The position numbers and the translations under genes were made by a program. A DNA stretch of 62,568 nucleotides, filler included, from Asterionella formosa (Eukaryota), in assembly GCA_002256025.1 (NCBI GenBank). It is 14 parts of 14 records of this genome, joined end to end, with 100 filler letters (N's around TTAATTAATTAA, not from the genome) between each part and the next. Parts side by side here need not be neighbours in the genome. Positions count along the whole stretch, not along the records: positions 8,974 to 13,359 come from NKIB01013556.1; positions 13,460 to 17,840 come from NKIB01013558.1; positions 17,941 to 22,319 come from NKIB01013559.1; positions 22,420 to 26,794 come from NKIB01013560.1; 10 more parts are not named here. One strand, written 5' to 3'. Within the stretch, counting starts at the first letter, position 1. Every line of letters begins with the position of its first letter. Below are positions 12,900 through 24,787 of this stretch, piece after piece. Below the pieces are notes generated by a model that ran no database searches, was not told the origin of the DNA, and saw nothing but the letters and a program-made list of their open reading frames with translations.

Positions 12900-13096
12900 T
12901 GAGCGATCTTGCGCATCAATACAGATGTATATAGGGTTAGTGTTATATCATATATGTATCAGAACTCAATAATGAGAGAACTCGACTAACCCTCATTGTA
13001 TACTTTGGTGTCGACTTGGAGAACGAGTTACACACAAGGATTAACAAATAAGCTCATATATTCAACAAATGCTACTACTTCTAGTTAGATACTTCA
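12900..13096 (+). mobile_element. 5' LTR (197 bp) of the same Gypsy-like family
   Basis: Near-identical to 9327-9523. Preceded by GGTACCTGG and followed by CTTTGAAT, like the 41820 copy. Confidence 0.85.
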
Positions 13097-13459
13097 CTTT
13101 GAATCTAATATTGTTGATGTCCTCTCAAGTTCCAGTGGTCCCATTGATGAAGGATAACAACATACTAAACATCAAGATTCAAACTTCTTTGTGTATCCTT
13201 ACAAGCCAGGTCCACATTTGGAGTCTTACAGAAAAGATATGATCAATTGACGCTCAGGGGAAGCTTGTTTATTGATTTCAGTAAATCCTGTGATATGGCT
13301 AACACATATATCTTCAGTCCAGCAGATTCCTTGCTTGTTCACCTACTGCTACAAAAGATNNNNNNNNNNNNNNNNNNNNNNNNNNNNNNNNNNNNNNNNN
13401 NNNTTAATTAATTAANNNNNNNNNNNNNNNNNNNNNNNNNNNNNNNNNNNNNNNNNNNN

Positions 13460-13871
13460 AACCAAACCACTTGGGCCAGACCCAACCAACGGTTGCAAGC
13501 ATGGCCGAACGGCCATTAGCGAGTTCAGCCTTGCGGGCATATTCGCCAGGGACCCACTCATTGAGACCCCAAGGGTCGTACTGTAAATATGCATGGAAGT
13601 TGTGTTAGAAATGGATATTCATTCTTGTAATCAAAGCATATGACGCTTGCTGGTAAATCAAGTTGGTAGACTTCTTTCATCTTCGCACTCCACAGCAATA
13701 GCAAACGGTAGCCCCTGTACTCACAATGCGACCTCCAGTCTCAACATCGGCTCCAAGCATACCCTCAAGCTCAGAGCTCATGGCATGACTGGTCTGTACA
13801 GTAGCCCGCTGGGCGGCAGGGGCAAAGGCAGCAGCCGAAGCAACAAGGGAAGCAAAAACAGCGGTCTTCAT
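13460..13871 (-). CDS. Light-harvesting (fucoxanthin-chlorophyll a/c) protein, 3'-truncated by the gap. Exons 13871-13725 and 13580-13460
   Basis: Signal peptide MKTAVFASLVASAAA-FAP (ASAFAP-type bipartite plastid targeting), a GT-AG intron, then YDPLGL...RKAELANGRSAMLATVGW (LHC helix 1 ExxNGRxAM motif). Confidence 0.92.
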
Positions 13872-15694
13872 GGTCAAATACGATGTCGTGTTGCTTCGGT
13901 AACGGAGATGACGTGAGGCCTTGGGGTGAGTCGATGTTGCGCTGTACATACTATGAATGGGGGATCTTTGCTTTGCCGATCTTTTTGTCGAGAAGCTCAA
14001 CTTGTTTTAGTCGGATGACTCAAGAACATGTTCATCTCCAAGAAATCATCATATTCTTTACTCCTACCTGGTACCAGGTACCAGATACCATACAATAGCA
14101 AGCGGGAATTATGATTGGCGGAAGAATAACGGTCAATTTTGCATGACATCAGTGCATACATCCAGGTACATACTCATGTGCATGCAGGTACGTCACACGA
14201 GGGTCTGGGTTTTCAATCCCTAGTAGCCCTAGCTCAATTCAATGGATAATTCATATCTGAACAGTTAATCTAAATCTGAAGATATGTATGAATGGCAATC
14301 AGCTTATATAGGTTTTCAAAATTTCAGATACATGAGAAGTCTGCCTGCCAAAAAATCTCAAAAATAGTATCTGTGCAGGATGGCATGAAATCAAAATTTG
14401 ACAGCAATGGGCAAAGGTGCCATCGTTTCATGCCTTTCCAAATAAACTCACTCATCTCTGTGGGTCCAAAATCATCATGTGAACATTGCAAAAGAACATC
14501 GACTTAAAAGAATGACAGTTTGGCAGAGGGAGCTCAAGAAAATCAGAGGTTGGCAGGGATGCGATTGCCATTGTGGTCACTGCTCCCAGGACTATAGATG
14601 ATGTTGATACAACTGAGCTATAGAACCTTGAAAATCACTTCTAGATCATTTCTGATGGTGATCCAGACAACTTTTATTATGATGAAGGCAATTATTTACT
14701 TGAGGAGGCAGCAGAAGGTAAAGTGATGCCTTCAGAGTTTCTCAAACTTGTTAAGTGTGTACTGGCGCAGTTCTTGACACTGACAATGATATTGCCATCC
14801 CAGCTGGATTTTTTGATATTTGTGTTGGCAATGCCCCAGCATATGAAAAGGTTTTTTCACAATGAAGTTGCAAAAGATTTGTTTGTCAATGAGTGGGATA
14901 AGTCAGGAATTTGCAACAGGATCCAAGAGCAACCCAATCATCTGCAAATAGAAAACATCTAATTCATGTGATGCATCTTACAATGGCGATCATATGATCA
15001 TATAAATTCTATTTATCATCCAATATGAATAATATTTATCATCATATAGAATATTGTATGTATATATACATCAATATATGTATACCGTCACTGGCTGCAA
15101 ACATCAACAACCACTCAATCTGAATTTGAATCAATCATGTTGCATAAGTAGTAGGACAGTCATACATGGGTATGTGTACATATCTGCTATAACAATCTAT
15201 AGTTTAGAAGACATGATAGATATGCATATATGCATATGCATGTTTGAGTCTACTTTTGTGTGAGTACTGGTACCAGGTACTACTGTCTATTATATCATCT
15301 ATTCTACTACCTGGTACCCTGGTACCTGGTAGTACCAATATGTTGCACAGATATTTTTGCATGTAAACTTATGTACACGATTGATTTTAATTTTAATCAT
15401 GCCTATCATTGGGATACCTACTGGTATATATGTAGCACACATATTTTTGCATGTAAATGTATGTACCAGGATGCATACAATTGATTTGAATTCAAATCAT
15501 GTCCATCATAGTGACACCTATATACCAGTATGTTGTACAGATATTTGTATGTAAATGTACTATGTGTACGATTGAATTGAATTTGAATCATGCCCATGAT
15601 AGGGATAGGGTTAGGGTTAGGGAGTGACTTTGGTATAACGGTATCTAAAGGTGATTGAGGGTACGCAATATCACGTAGTTGTACAACAATGTGG

Positions 15695-16244
15695 CATTGG
15701 TATCTGTTGGTGATGAAGGGGATGCAATAACACATTGTTCTCGTACAAACAAGGTGACATTGGAATCTATTGTCACCTCGTACTCAGGCTACAACACGTT
15801 CTTGTACAGACAAGGTGACTACATTGGTATTGTCTATTGGTGATGGAGGGGACGCAATAACACGTTGTTCTCGTACAAACAAGGTGACATTGATATCTAA
15901 TGTCACCTCGTACTTAGGTTAAAAGTAAGATCAAATGAGCTAAATGTTGTTTTCTGTGATCTTATTTATTGGAAATCATATCTAACCAGAAAGTATGATC
16001 TGTAATTTTTTAGCAATAAGATATATTCATGTTAAAAGTAAGATCAAAAAAGCTAAAAATTGTCATCTGTGATCTTATTTATTGGCAATCGTATCTGACC
16101 AAAGTATGATGTGTAATTTTTTAGCAATAAGATATATTCATGTTAAAAGTAAGATCAAAAAAGCTAAAAATTGTCATCTGTAATCTTATGTATTGGCAAT
16201 CGTATCTGACCAAAGTATGATCTGTAATTTTTTAGAAATAAGAT
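15695..16244. repeat. Tandem duplications (about 127 bp x2, then about 111 bp x3). Same family as 33821-33858
   Basis: GTTAAAAGTAAGATCAAA units at 15918, 16031 and 16142. TCTAACCAGAAAGTATGATCTGTAATT also occurs at about 33832. Confidence 0.85.
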
Positions 16245-16779
16245 TAGAGGCAATTCATCTACTGGTAAATATTTTATGATTTGTACCATATGAAAAATTT
16301 CGTGTGACTCCCGCTAATTGAGGGGCTTAACTAAATAACTTACTTGTAGGTACAAGAATTGATGCGGAAAAATTCAAAGACAGTAAATCAGCAGGTCGTG
16401 GAAAACAATGATATCCTCATGCATTGTGTATATTTGAATTATGTATAAGCTTAATTGATGATAGTATAAACATTATGTCACTCTATTTATTCGTTTTCAA
16501 ATTTTTATAAATGTATACATAGCCTATACATTTGAAATCATGTTTAGAGGTACCTTGTTATGCCTACCAGGCAGTACCACATGATCCTGAAATGAAAGAT
16601 AATTTCTGCCCTTTGACAAGGAAAGTGAATAGCAAGGAAAACTGAAAGAACAACGCTTCAACGCACACAATGATGATAAACCTTGTGGCTTAGAAGGATT
16701 GAAAACGGAAGAGTGAATGGAATCTAGCTATGGTATGTCAAGAGTACATGCCAAGGTGATCAATTGTTGGGTTAATGTT

Positions 16780-16906
16780 TGTTTTTCAATCTTTCAGGAT
16801 AATTTTAAGCAAAGATTTTTGTTGTAAGTTACAAATGACATTGTGTTTTTCAATCTTTCAGGATAATTTTAATCAAAGAGTTTTGCTGTAAGTTACAAAT
16901 GACATT
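16780..16906. repeat. Tandem duplication, about 64 bp x2
   Basis: TTTTTCAATCTTTCAGGATAATTTTAA...GTAAGTTACAAATGACATTG occurs twice. Confidence 0.85.
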
Positions 16907-17170
16907 GGTGGGACGGTTTATTGATTTGTACACACATCATTTTACTGAATTATGCAAAAAAGACATCGATTTCTTGCAAGTGGATCATGCTAAAATCGGA
17001 TTGCAGTGTTGAGATATAAACAAAAGATGGCCAACAAGCGAGTAATTACTTATCATTGTTGTTATGATTTGGAAATCAAAATAGATAAAACAGAATCGGA
17101 TCAAAAGGAAATGGGATTTGCAGCATGTAGTCAGATGAGTTTCAGAATCTGAGTGGAAGGGAGCAAGGCG

Positions 17171-17361
17171 GGAGGCATGCATCAAGAGATTTGAAGGATG
17201 CAATGCATCCTCAAGAGCATTGAAGGGAAGCGGGGGAGAGGCAGGCACCCTCAAGAGCATTGAAGGGAATCGAGAGGCATGTATCCTCAAGAGCTTTGAA
17301 GGGAGTTGGGGGAGGCATGCATCCTCACGAGCATTGAAGGGAGACAGGAGGCATGCATCAA
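17171..17361. repeat. Minisatellite of about 39 bp (GAGGCATGCATCCTCAAGAGCATTGAAGGGA..), about 5 degenerate copies
   Basis: Visible tandem periodicity, which also explains the repetitive spurious ORF 16985-17392. Confidence 0.85.
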
Positions 17362-19114
17362 GTAACAATAAGGTTTTCAAATTGAGCCTCAAAGAGAGAC
17401 TGAAATCAGCCTAATGAGCCGGAAAGAACCCGTACTGTTACATGCATTTTACATACAATTTTTTTTTTCTCTTCATGATCATCAGATCCTACTCGTCAGC
17501 CAATATCACTTCACCTACCGGTAGCGCGCAGGAGGAGTGCTCAGTTGGTGACACCACTTTTCGGAACAGGCCATAATTCCCGTTATCTAAAAAAGCGAAT
17601 TGCAGACTTTTCATACATAGTAACGGGAGCGCAGCAGCATTGGAGATATATTATCGGCCGGACCTTACGGGCTTGCTAACTTTGATTTCAAGCTCTGAAC
17701 TATTGATGGAAGTCACTCAAACTGTTGTATTAGCTGCACATCTGTACAGGAGAGGACATTGGATAAATCGCTGCCGTTGGAATGGACTCCTTCTTGCTAG
17801 TCCTTGACGCAGTCGTAGAACGATGGCAGGACACACGCAANNNNNNNNNNNNNNNNNNNNNNNNNNNNNNNNNNNNNNNNNNNNTTAATTAATTAANNNN
17901 NNNNNNNNNNNNNNNNNNNNNNNNNNNNNNNNNNNNNNNNTACATACCGGTAGACTGTCAGAATGTGTCTGTTAGGCTGTTGATGTCGACAGTTGTCCGA
18001 AGGCTAGATGTAGTCTGAGGAAGAAATAGACAGTACCGGTAGTCAACAGTATTTTATATAGCAGAAAATAATACCGGTATGCAAACGAGCGCCGAGGGTA
18101 AAAGATCTTGACCGGTCATTACAGGGCAATACTGTAAGTTGCGGTCATTTTGCTTAAACAAACATTTTAATCTGGGATAAAGATAGCTAAATCTTTTGTT
18201 TCAGCAAATTTAATGCAACTTGCTGGAGCGCGCTAGGAAGAGGCGCCAGAAATTTCAACTCACATCCTATGTACAGCCGATATAATTAATACCTAAATTA
18301 CCTAATGGTATGTACGGTCATTCGGTTCAAACTTGACCGGTATATGGTGTTGTATACTGTATACCGGTATACCGGTATGTGAGACAAAAATGCTCTTGTC
18401 AAGCAAGGCTACCACCGACCGGTGTGCCGGTAAATCAATTGAATAGCGATATAGTATATATATATTTCAATTGTTTTTAATACACTGTATATATTTATGC
18501 CGGTATATTATACATAAAACTTTTAGGTGGAAGACGAACCCACGGTGGGGATTTTTCCTCATGCACAATGTAGAATAAATGCCCTGTGTACCGGTATACT
18601 ACGATATCCATCGTCTTATAGTACCAGGTACCCGATACCAGGTATCCTGGTATGATATAATTTCACTCGGTCATCGTGAAAGTTGTTCCCAACAATAATT
18701 TCAGTGTTTCAATTCAATAAGATTGGCTGCCACGAAGGACTGATCATTAGGAGCTCTCTTATACCCGAGCATTCGTCCTAATAAAGTCAAGAAGCTGGTA
18801 TCAACCATTCATAAAGGGTTCCGAGTAAAAGTGCTGCAATCAGTTCAGTTCAGTTCAGTTGTTAGCAAGGCACAATCGTTCCTTCTACTCTGACAGTCCT
18901 TGCTGTTGGTCAGGGGACTCACACAAGCTTCCCAGACGTCTCGGTTACTGCGGCTTCGAACAAGCCAGGGGGGCTCTGAGAACTTGAACGCCTTTGCTTG
19001 CGTCAATAAATTCACGTCGGTAAAGTTCTTGCGCAGCCGCAGCTTGTGCTGCCGAAGCAAATATCCAGGTTTTGTCCAAGTCCACACACGGCTCACTTGC
19101 GGACCAATTCCAAA

Positions 19115-21748
19115 ATGTCAGGGTCCACCAAGAAAACCTCCTCTCCGCCTCTTCCAATCGACGAATGCTTATTCGGGCCCACAAAGCACTGTCCCTCCAA
19201 CGTTTGGGAGGCTGTCCTTTCACGTCATCCCAACTTGGACGGCAATGACCAGACTCTCACTCCTTCCCACAAGGATATTACCGATGACTACATTCCCACC
19301 AAGACATTATCTAATTATATCACGCACTCGGTTCATGAAATTGTTTCTCTTTCCAAAAAGAACAAAAATAACACTCATCAAGTTGATGCCGCTGTAGCGT
19401 TGATTGGAATTGATGACCTTGATGAAGGGCGGTGGGGGTCTGGCATGCAACATGAGGCAGCGGCTGCCAAGGGCCCGCATGTTATTAGTATGCAAGAATT
19501 GAGACGAATTGCTTCTCAAGGGATTGTGGATGAGGGATGCCACAGACCAGTCGCGTGGAGAGTTCTGTTGGGATACTTGCCCCTGGAATTGTCAGAGTGG
19601 AAGGCTGCACTCCTCAGACAACGAATTTTGTATCGCAACCTTGTTGGGGATTTGTTTGTTGAACAACCACGGCATGAAGGAAATGATTTAAGAGGAAATC
19701 ATGGAAAAAGAATTTCGGCGCAACGGAAACTTGCCATGACGACTAAGCGAGATGAGGAAATACCTGACAATTTGTACAAGAGTCCTTTGACAAGTCCTGT
19801 TATCAAAAAGGAAAGTCCTACTAATCATTTGGAACTACTGTTGACTCCAATGTCAGAAAAAACTTTGGTACCTGTAGAAAGATTAAAGTCCAGAGAGGAT
19901 GGAAACGAAAAGAAAGGAATGGATTTTGAGAATGCAATTGGGTCCACCGATGGAATAGAGCCAGTGTCGACGAATGCTCTGCTTGAGATCAACGATAATT
20001 TTCCGGGGCCGCTTGATGCACCGAATGACTTTGTCGATGTATTGAACGATGCAACGGACAAGCAAAAAATTATTCCGCATTCGGAAGAGCCTGGGATCAA
20101 TGGAAAAGCTGTGTCCTCATCAGAGCTAGATGGCCCAGAAATGGATATGCCGGCAGATAACAGTGATCACAATGTCGACGTGTGTCCCAAGCCTATGTAT
20201 CGACGAAATAGACACCGTTCTCGCAGTTGCGATGATAGTATCAAATTATTCGCACCTTCTACTCAACGAAGACTATCATTAGCGCATGATTGTATGCCCG
20301 CCCCACTGGGTGTACGACCTGCCGCGGAAAACATGCTGGAAGAAGCGTGGGACAAACGAAAAGAAGAAGAAGAAATGATCATTCAATCGATTTCGATTGA
20401 AGATGCACTTGCGATTCCAAAGAAACCAGCCAAGAACAAAATGAATTTCAACGATAGTATTTCCTTTGACGACATTGGGGTACCCCTCACGAGAACCGCT
20501 GCAGACTGGATGGCGAATCATTCCGAACATTTTGAGGAAGAGAACGAGGACCTCGAGTTCGCCACGGAAAAAATTCCCACATCAAGTATTTATTCTCCAG
20601 GAAAACAGCTTTCTCGCTCAGAAATGATTCCCCCTCGAATTCGAGACGAATGGAAAAAGAGTGGACGAGACTTGTCAGTTCTGGATCAAATGGGTATCAT
20701 GGATGCTGCCATGAATACGCTACTAGTACTGGATGACGGCGACGACAAGTGCAAAAGGCGAATCTCGGTATCAGATGATCCACTCTCGACTGACGCAGAT
20801 TCCCAGTGGTTTCAGTATTTTGACAATGCCTCCCTATTGGACGAAATCCGGAAAGACGTTGTTCGTACCCACCCTGATCTCTGCTTCTTTCTGGAACCCG
20901 AGAGTAATCTCGGCCAACGCCGATACGCTGCATTGGAACGAATTCTTTTCGTCTGGGCCAAACTAAACAAGGGAGTCCGTTACGTCCAGGGCATGAATGA
21001 GATTGTTGGCACCATTTACTACGTTCTCGCCAATGATATGAACGAAATGTGGGCCTGTGAGGCCGAAGCAGATACATATTTCTTGTTCAATACCCTAATG
21101 ACGGAAATGCGAGATGTGTTTGTCCCGGACTTGGATGATGCCGACACTGGCATTCAAGGTCGAATCAACAACATGACGACCTTATTGAGTCTACACGATC
21201 CAGAAGTCCGTTGCCATTTGGATGATATGGGCATTGATGCTTCCTTTTACGCCATTCGGTGGTTGACGACTCTTTTAAGTCGTGAGTTTCTTCTTCCTGA
21301 TACTATCCGACTTTGGGACTCCATGTTCGCATCGACGCATAAGGACAACTTTATGCGTTATGTATGTGTAACCATGGTGATGATAGTCCGAGCTCAGTTG
21401 CTGAAGGGTGATTTCAGTACCTGTTTGCGGTTGCTCCAAGGATATCCTTCTACCAACATCGATGGTTTGTTGGAATCGTCTCGAGCTCTCTGGATCTACG
21501 AAAGTCAAGTGACACTAGCTTGTCACAAGGGAGGCATGTCTTTGCATCAAGCTTTGACGACCATTACTCCGCCACCATCTTTGCAAATGGCATACGGTCT
21601 AGTTGGAGGCATCGCTAGCAGACTCCCGGATCTCAATGACGAGTCCCCGGCTCCGTTGTCTGGACGAGGAGGAAGCTTCTTGAGTGGAGCCAAGAATTTG
21701 TTTAGTGGACTGGGTCGGGAGACTCGACTAAGACGAACAAACTCGTAG
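19115..21748 (+). CDS. Rab GTPase-activating protein with a split TBC domain (TBC1D13-like)
   Basis: LRRIASQGI..RPVAWRVLLGYLP, then a long low-complexity insert, then DPLS..WFQYF, IRKDVVRT (R finger), YVQGMNEI (Q finger), EADTYFLF and RWLTTLLSREF. First ATG at 19115. Confidence 0.93.
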   Translation: MSGSTKKTSSPPLPIDECLFGPTKHCPSNVWEAVLSRHPNLDGNDQTLTPSHKDITDDYIPTKTLSNYITHSVHEIVSLSKKNKNNTHQVDAAVALIGIDDLDEGRWGSGMQHEAAAAKGPHVISMQELRRIASQGIVDEGCHRPVAWRVLLGYLPLELSEWKAALLRQRILYRNLVGDLFVEQPRHEGNDLRGNHGKRISAQRKLAMTTKRDEEIPDNLYKSPLTSPVIKKESPTNHLELLLTPMSEKTLVPVERLKSREDGNEKKGMDFENAIGSTDGIEPVSTNALLEINDNFPGPLDAPNDFVDVLNDATDKQKIIPHSEEPGINGKAVSSSELDGPEMDMPADNSDHNVDVCPKPMYRRNRHRSRSCDDSIKLFAPSTQRRLSLAHDCMPAPLGVRPAAENMLEEAWDKRKEEEEMIIQSISIEDALAIPKKPAKNKMNFNDSISFDDIGVPLTRTAADWMANHSEHFEEENEDLEFATEKIPTSSIYSPGKQLSRSEMIPPRIRDEWKKSGRDLSVLDQMGIMDAAMNTLLVLDDGDDKCKRRISVSDDPLSTDADSQWFQYFDNASLLDEIRKDVVRTHPDLCFFLEPESNLGQRRYAALERILFVWAKLNKGVRYVQGMNEIVGTIYYVLANDMNEMWACEAEADTYFLFNTLMTEMRDVFVPDLDDADTGIQGRINNMTTLLSLHDPEVRCHLDDMGIDASFYAIRWLTTLLSREFLLPDTIRLWDSMFASTHKDNFMRYVCVTMVMIVRAQLLKGDFSTCLRLLQGYPSTNIDGLLESSRALWIYESQVTLACHKGGMSLHQALTTITPPPSLQMAYGLVGGIASRLPDLNDESPAPLSGRGGSFLSGAKNLFSGLGRETRLRRTNS

Positions 21749-21965
21749 TGTCTTACTCCCTTCATACTACAGCAAGTTCTAGTGTAGGGGCAATCAAGCA
21801 AACTAAGTAGGGCTGTTTCCATCACATATACCCATGTGTCAGCGTTAGCTATTTGAAGTTGCTAGAGGAACCAAACGACCGAAGTCAAAGCACACAGCAC
21901 GAGAGAAAGTCTTTTGTGCAATCCTAGTCCTCGTATATGTTTCTTTGGTAAAGCATTATAGTACT

Positions 21966-22319
21966 TTATTTCTTTGCTCCACCGAATCTAGGAGGAGGAG
22001 TTCTGACTTTGCGCCCTTCCTTGGATCTTCCACGAACAATACGCTGATGGACGGCAGCTTCGACGCAGTAGTACATCTTCAGATACAGCTTAGGAAGTTG
22101 GTACTCCTGGTAAGCACTAGCTTCCTTGATATCTCTGAGGGACGAGGCGTCAACAATGTTGCGGACAATGAATCTGCTAATGGCCTTATCCTTGGGGATG
22201 GCCTTTCCAGTCGAGACGCATCTGTGAAGGTTACGAGAACTGCAAGTTTAGTCTATACATTCCTGACAATATAACCTTTTTCATGGTTTTATCCCTAGGC
22301 AAACACTCACCTCACACGC
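21966..22319 (-). CDS. RPS26: 40S ribosomal protein S26 (eS26), 5'-truncated by the gap. Exons ...22319-22311 and 22221-21966
   Basis: Manual translation [87 protein letters not shown], with an 89-nt GT-AG intron (22310-22222). Absent from the ORF track. Confidence 0.95.
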
Positions 22320-22839
22320 NNNNNNNNNNNNNNNNNNNNNNNNNNNNNNNNNNNNNNNNNNNNTTAATTAATTAANNNNNNNNNNNNNNNNNNNNNNNNN
22401 NNNNNNNNNNNNNNNNNNNCAGTTAAATTTTCATAGCAATGCATCCTCCCATTTGTTATGCCTCCTCTTATTCATTTTAAATGTAATAATATCATTGATT
22501 TGAGTTGCATAATCTCGCCATCATTGGTCACTGACAATGTTGGCTTTAATCGGATTAAATATGAATACAGCTTGTGCTGCCACTGCCAGATTGATTATGA
22601 AATGAAATGAAATCGAAATCTGTCGTACCTTGTGTCATGAGAGAGTTGTCATGACAAAACAGCTGTATCCGAGTTTCCCAAAGTGAATGAGCTACTAGTC
22701 TACTAGTCATAGGCATAATTTTATTGTCTTCATGTACTTAGTTTTTTTCTCATTAACATTCAGAAACAGTACTATTTTGGCTGTTTCCCAATGCGTTGCA
22801 ATCAAAATGTGAAGGAGGATTAATTGATATGCTACAAGC

Positions 22840-23400
22840 CATCCATATCCCCAGCTCACCACGCCGACAAGAATATCGCTTGAAAAATCATTTCCGCAAA
22901 TAATCAGCAGCCCACCAGAGTCGCCTTCTTGGCAGCTGTCTTTTCCTTCTTGACCAGTGGCGGCATATACCATATCACTATGTATTTGGCCTTGGTACGA
23001 GTCAAGAGGAAACAATGCACCTTTTTGAATTTGAACAAGCGTCATTCGAAATGACTTCTATTGAAACCTGGACACCAGTGGTGCATGCCATATCGCTATA
23101 TATTTGGCCTTGGTACGAGTCAAGAGGAAACAGGGAACCTTTATGAATTCGAACAAGTGTCATTCGAAATGACTTCTTCGAAACATGGAGCAATCGACTG
23201 CTCTGCGACTGCTGGTTGTTCCTCTTTAAGTCGGGGTTTCCGTCTTTAAGTCTCCAACCCATTACTATCACTTCAGCTCCTGTAGCTGGTACACTCGAAT
23301 CAAAGTTCAATCGGACGCAGTTGTTTGTCCAGCCAGCAGTTTTATAATCATTTTGTCATGCCTTGAAGTGGACGATTCAACAAAAGAAGGATGAAGGTAC
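22840..23400 (-). pseudogene. Trypsin-like serine protease pseudogene fragment with an internal duplication
   Basis: [15 protein letters not shown]...[10 protein letters not shown] (catalytic Ser motif), frameshifts, and a ~95-bp block duplicated at 22963-23058 and 23084-23177. Confidence 0.8.
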
Positions 23401-23708
23401 TATTCCTTTCAGTTAAATACCTTTTGGATGATTGACGTGTACTGTATTGTAATTATGCATACCTTTTTTGCTGAGAGCAGACCATTTCGGGTATGAGCAA
23501 GCAAGTCTTGAATTATTCCGGCAAAGCCTGCAAAAAAACGTTGTAAATCCGGGATTTCTCATTCTTATGTGGTTTTTCAAGGTCTTTTGCAAACTTCGCA
23601 TTCTTTTGCAGTCTTTCAAGGTCTTTTCATTCAGACTCTTTCAGTGTTGTACTACCAGGTATACGATTTCCTGCCATGTATCGGAAGCAATGTCTATATT
23701 TCCCCTGG

Positions 23709-23878
23709 ATGTATAATGCCTTAGTATCAGAGCTCAAATTCGCTTAGAAAAAATTATACTTTCGTGTGCTTTTCAAGAAGTACGCGAACTTTGCAAAAGA
23801 ATGATATTTGGAAAATTAAAAAGTGAGATCTGTGCATTTTCTACAAACGAAGGAAGTATGGAGTTTCCCATACCTCCC
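23709..23878. repeat. Dispersed repeat, inverted copy of 48833-49036
   Basis: ATGTATAATGCC..ATCAGAGCTCAAA, AAGTACGCGAACTT and GGAAGTA.GGAGTTTCCC.TACCTCCC are shared in reverse complement. Confidence 0.75.
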
Positions 23879-24787
23879 CGGAAAAGGAGAACAATTTTGA
23901 GTTTGGAGAGTATTAAGCAATGTAAGTAAGACTTGCTTACTTTGCTTACTTTTGCTTCGGGCCACCCCTCGCTCTATTGCCATGTCTTTTTTTCAGCCAT
24001 TTGCCATGTTTTGATGTTTCCATGTTTTGACGATATAATCATTTACATCACTAACAAGCTAAGAGAGAGAGTTGATGATGTTCTCTATTTAGTCATTTTG
24101 AGTGCCTGTCCTGCATCATGATGTTGTCCATTTCAGCAAAATGACTGTAACTTGCAGGTACCAATACTATTGACAATTGACAATAAATTCCACACTAGTA
24201 AATGATATGCATAGATTTCCTACATTGTTTGAGTACTTGTTAATTATCACAACAGTCTGGAAGGAAAAGCCCATGTTTGTAGCCAGCCTGTAACTGTCGA
24301 ATATTTGTGATACTTTTGGGTGATGTCAATTCTATTTTATTTTATGTGGAGAATGAATATTTTGAATTAAAATCAAGTAGGTGTTGCATGATACTTTTTT
24401 AAAATATTATGATACCCTAATCCAAAATGAATTGAACATCACTTAGCATGATACCATTCCAGACACATTGTCAACCGATTGGAAATAACAATAGTGTTAT
24501 CATCCTGAACTTCTTCAGTACACAAAATAAACTGCCAGTAAAACACCAGGAGTGGGACGATTCAGAACTCACAACGTTCGGCCAAGATAAACAAATTTAT
24601 TGATTGTCGTTGGAAGCAATGTCCTGGACGTTTGAAAAGTGGCAGAAATGTATCAACAAAATAAAACATAAATTTAATATAAATGGAGGCGCGCTCAAGC
24701 GTCAATATATCGCTGCTTCCTGGCGACATCCTTCTTCTCTACTGCTCCTAAGAAATGTCGAAACGATGCTTCACATTCTATCTTCGC

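Noticed and set aside
16985..17414. Repetitive ORFs on both strands
   Set aside because: Translation of a ~39-bp minisatellite.
21945..22274. 109-aa plus-strand ORF
   Set aside because: It is the antisense shadow of RPS26.
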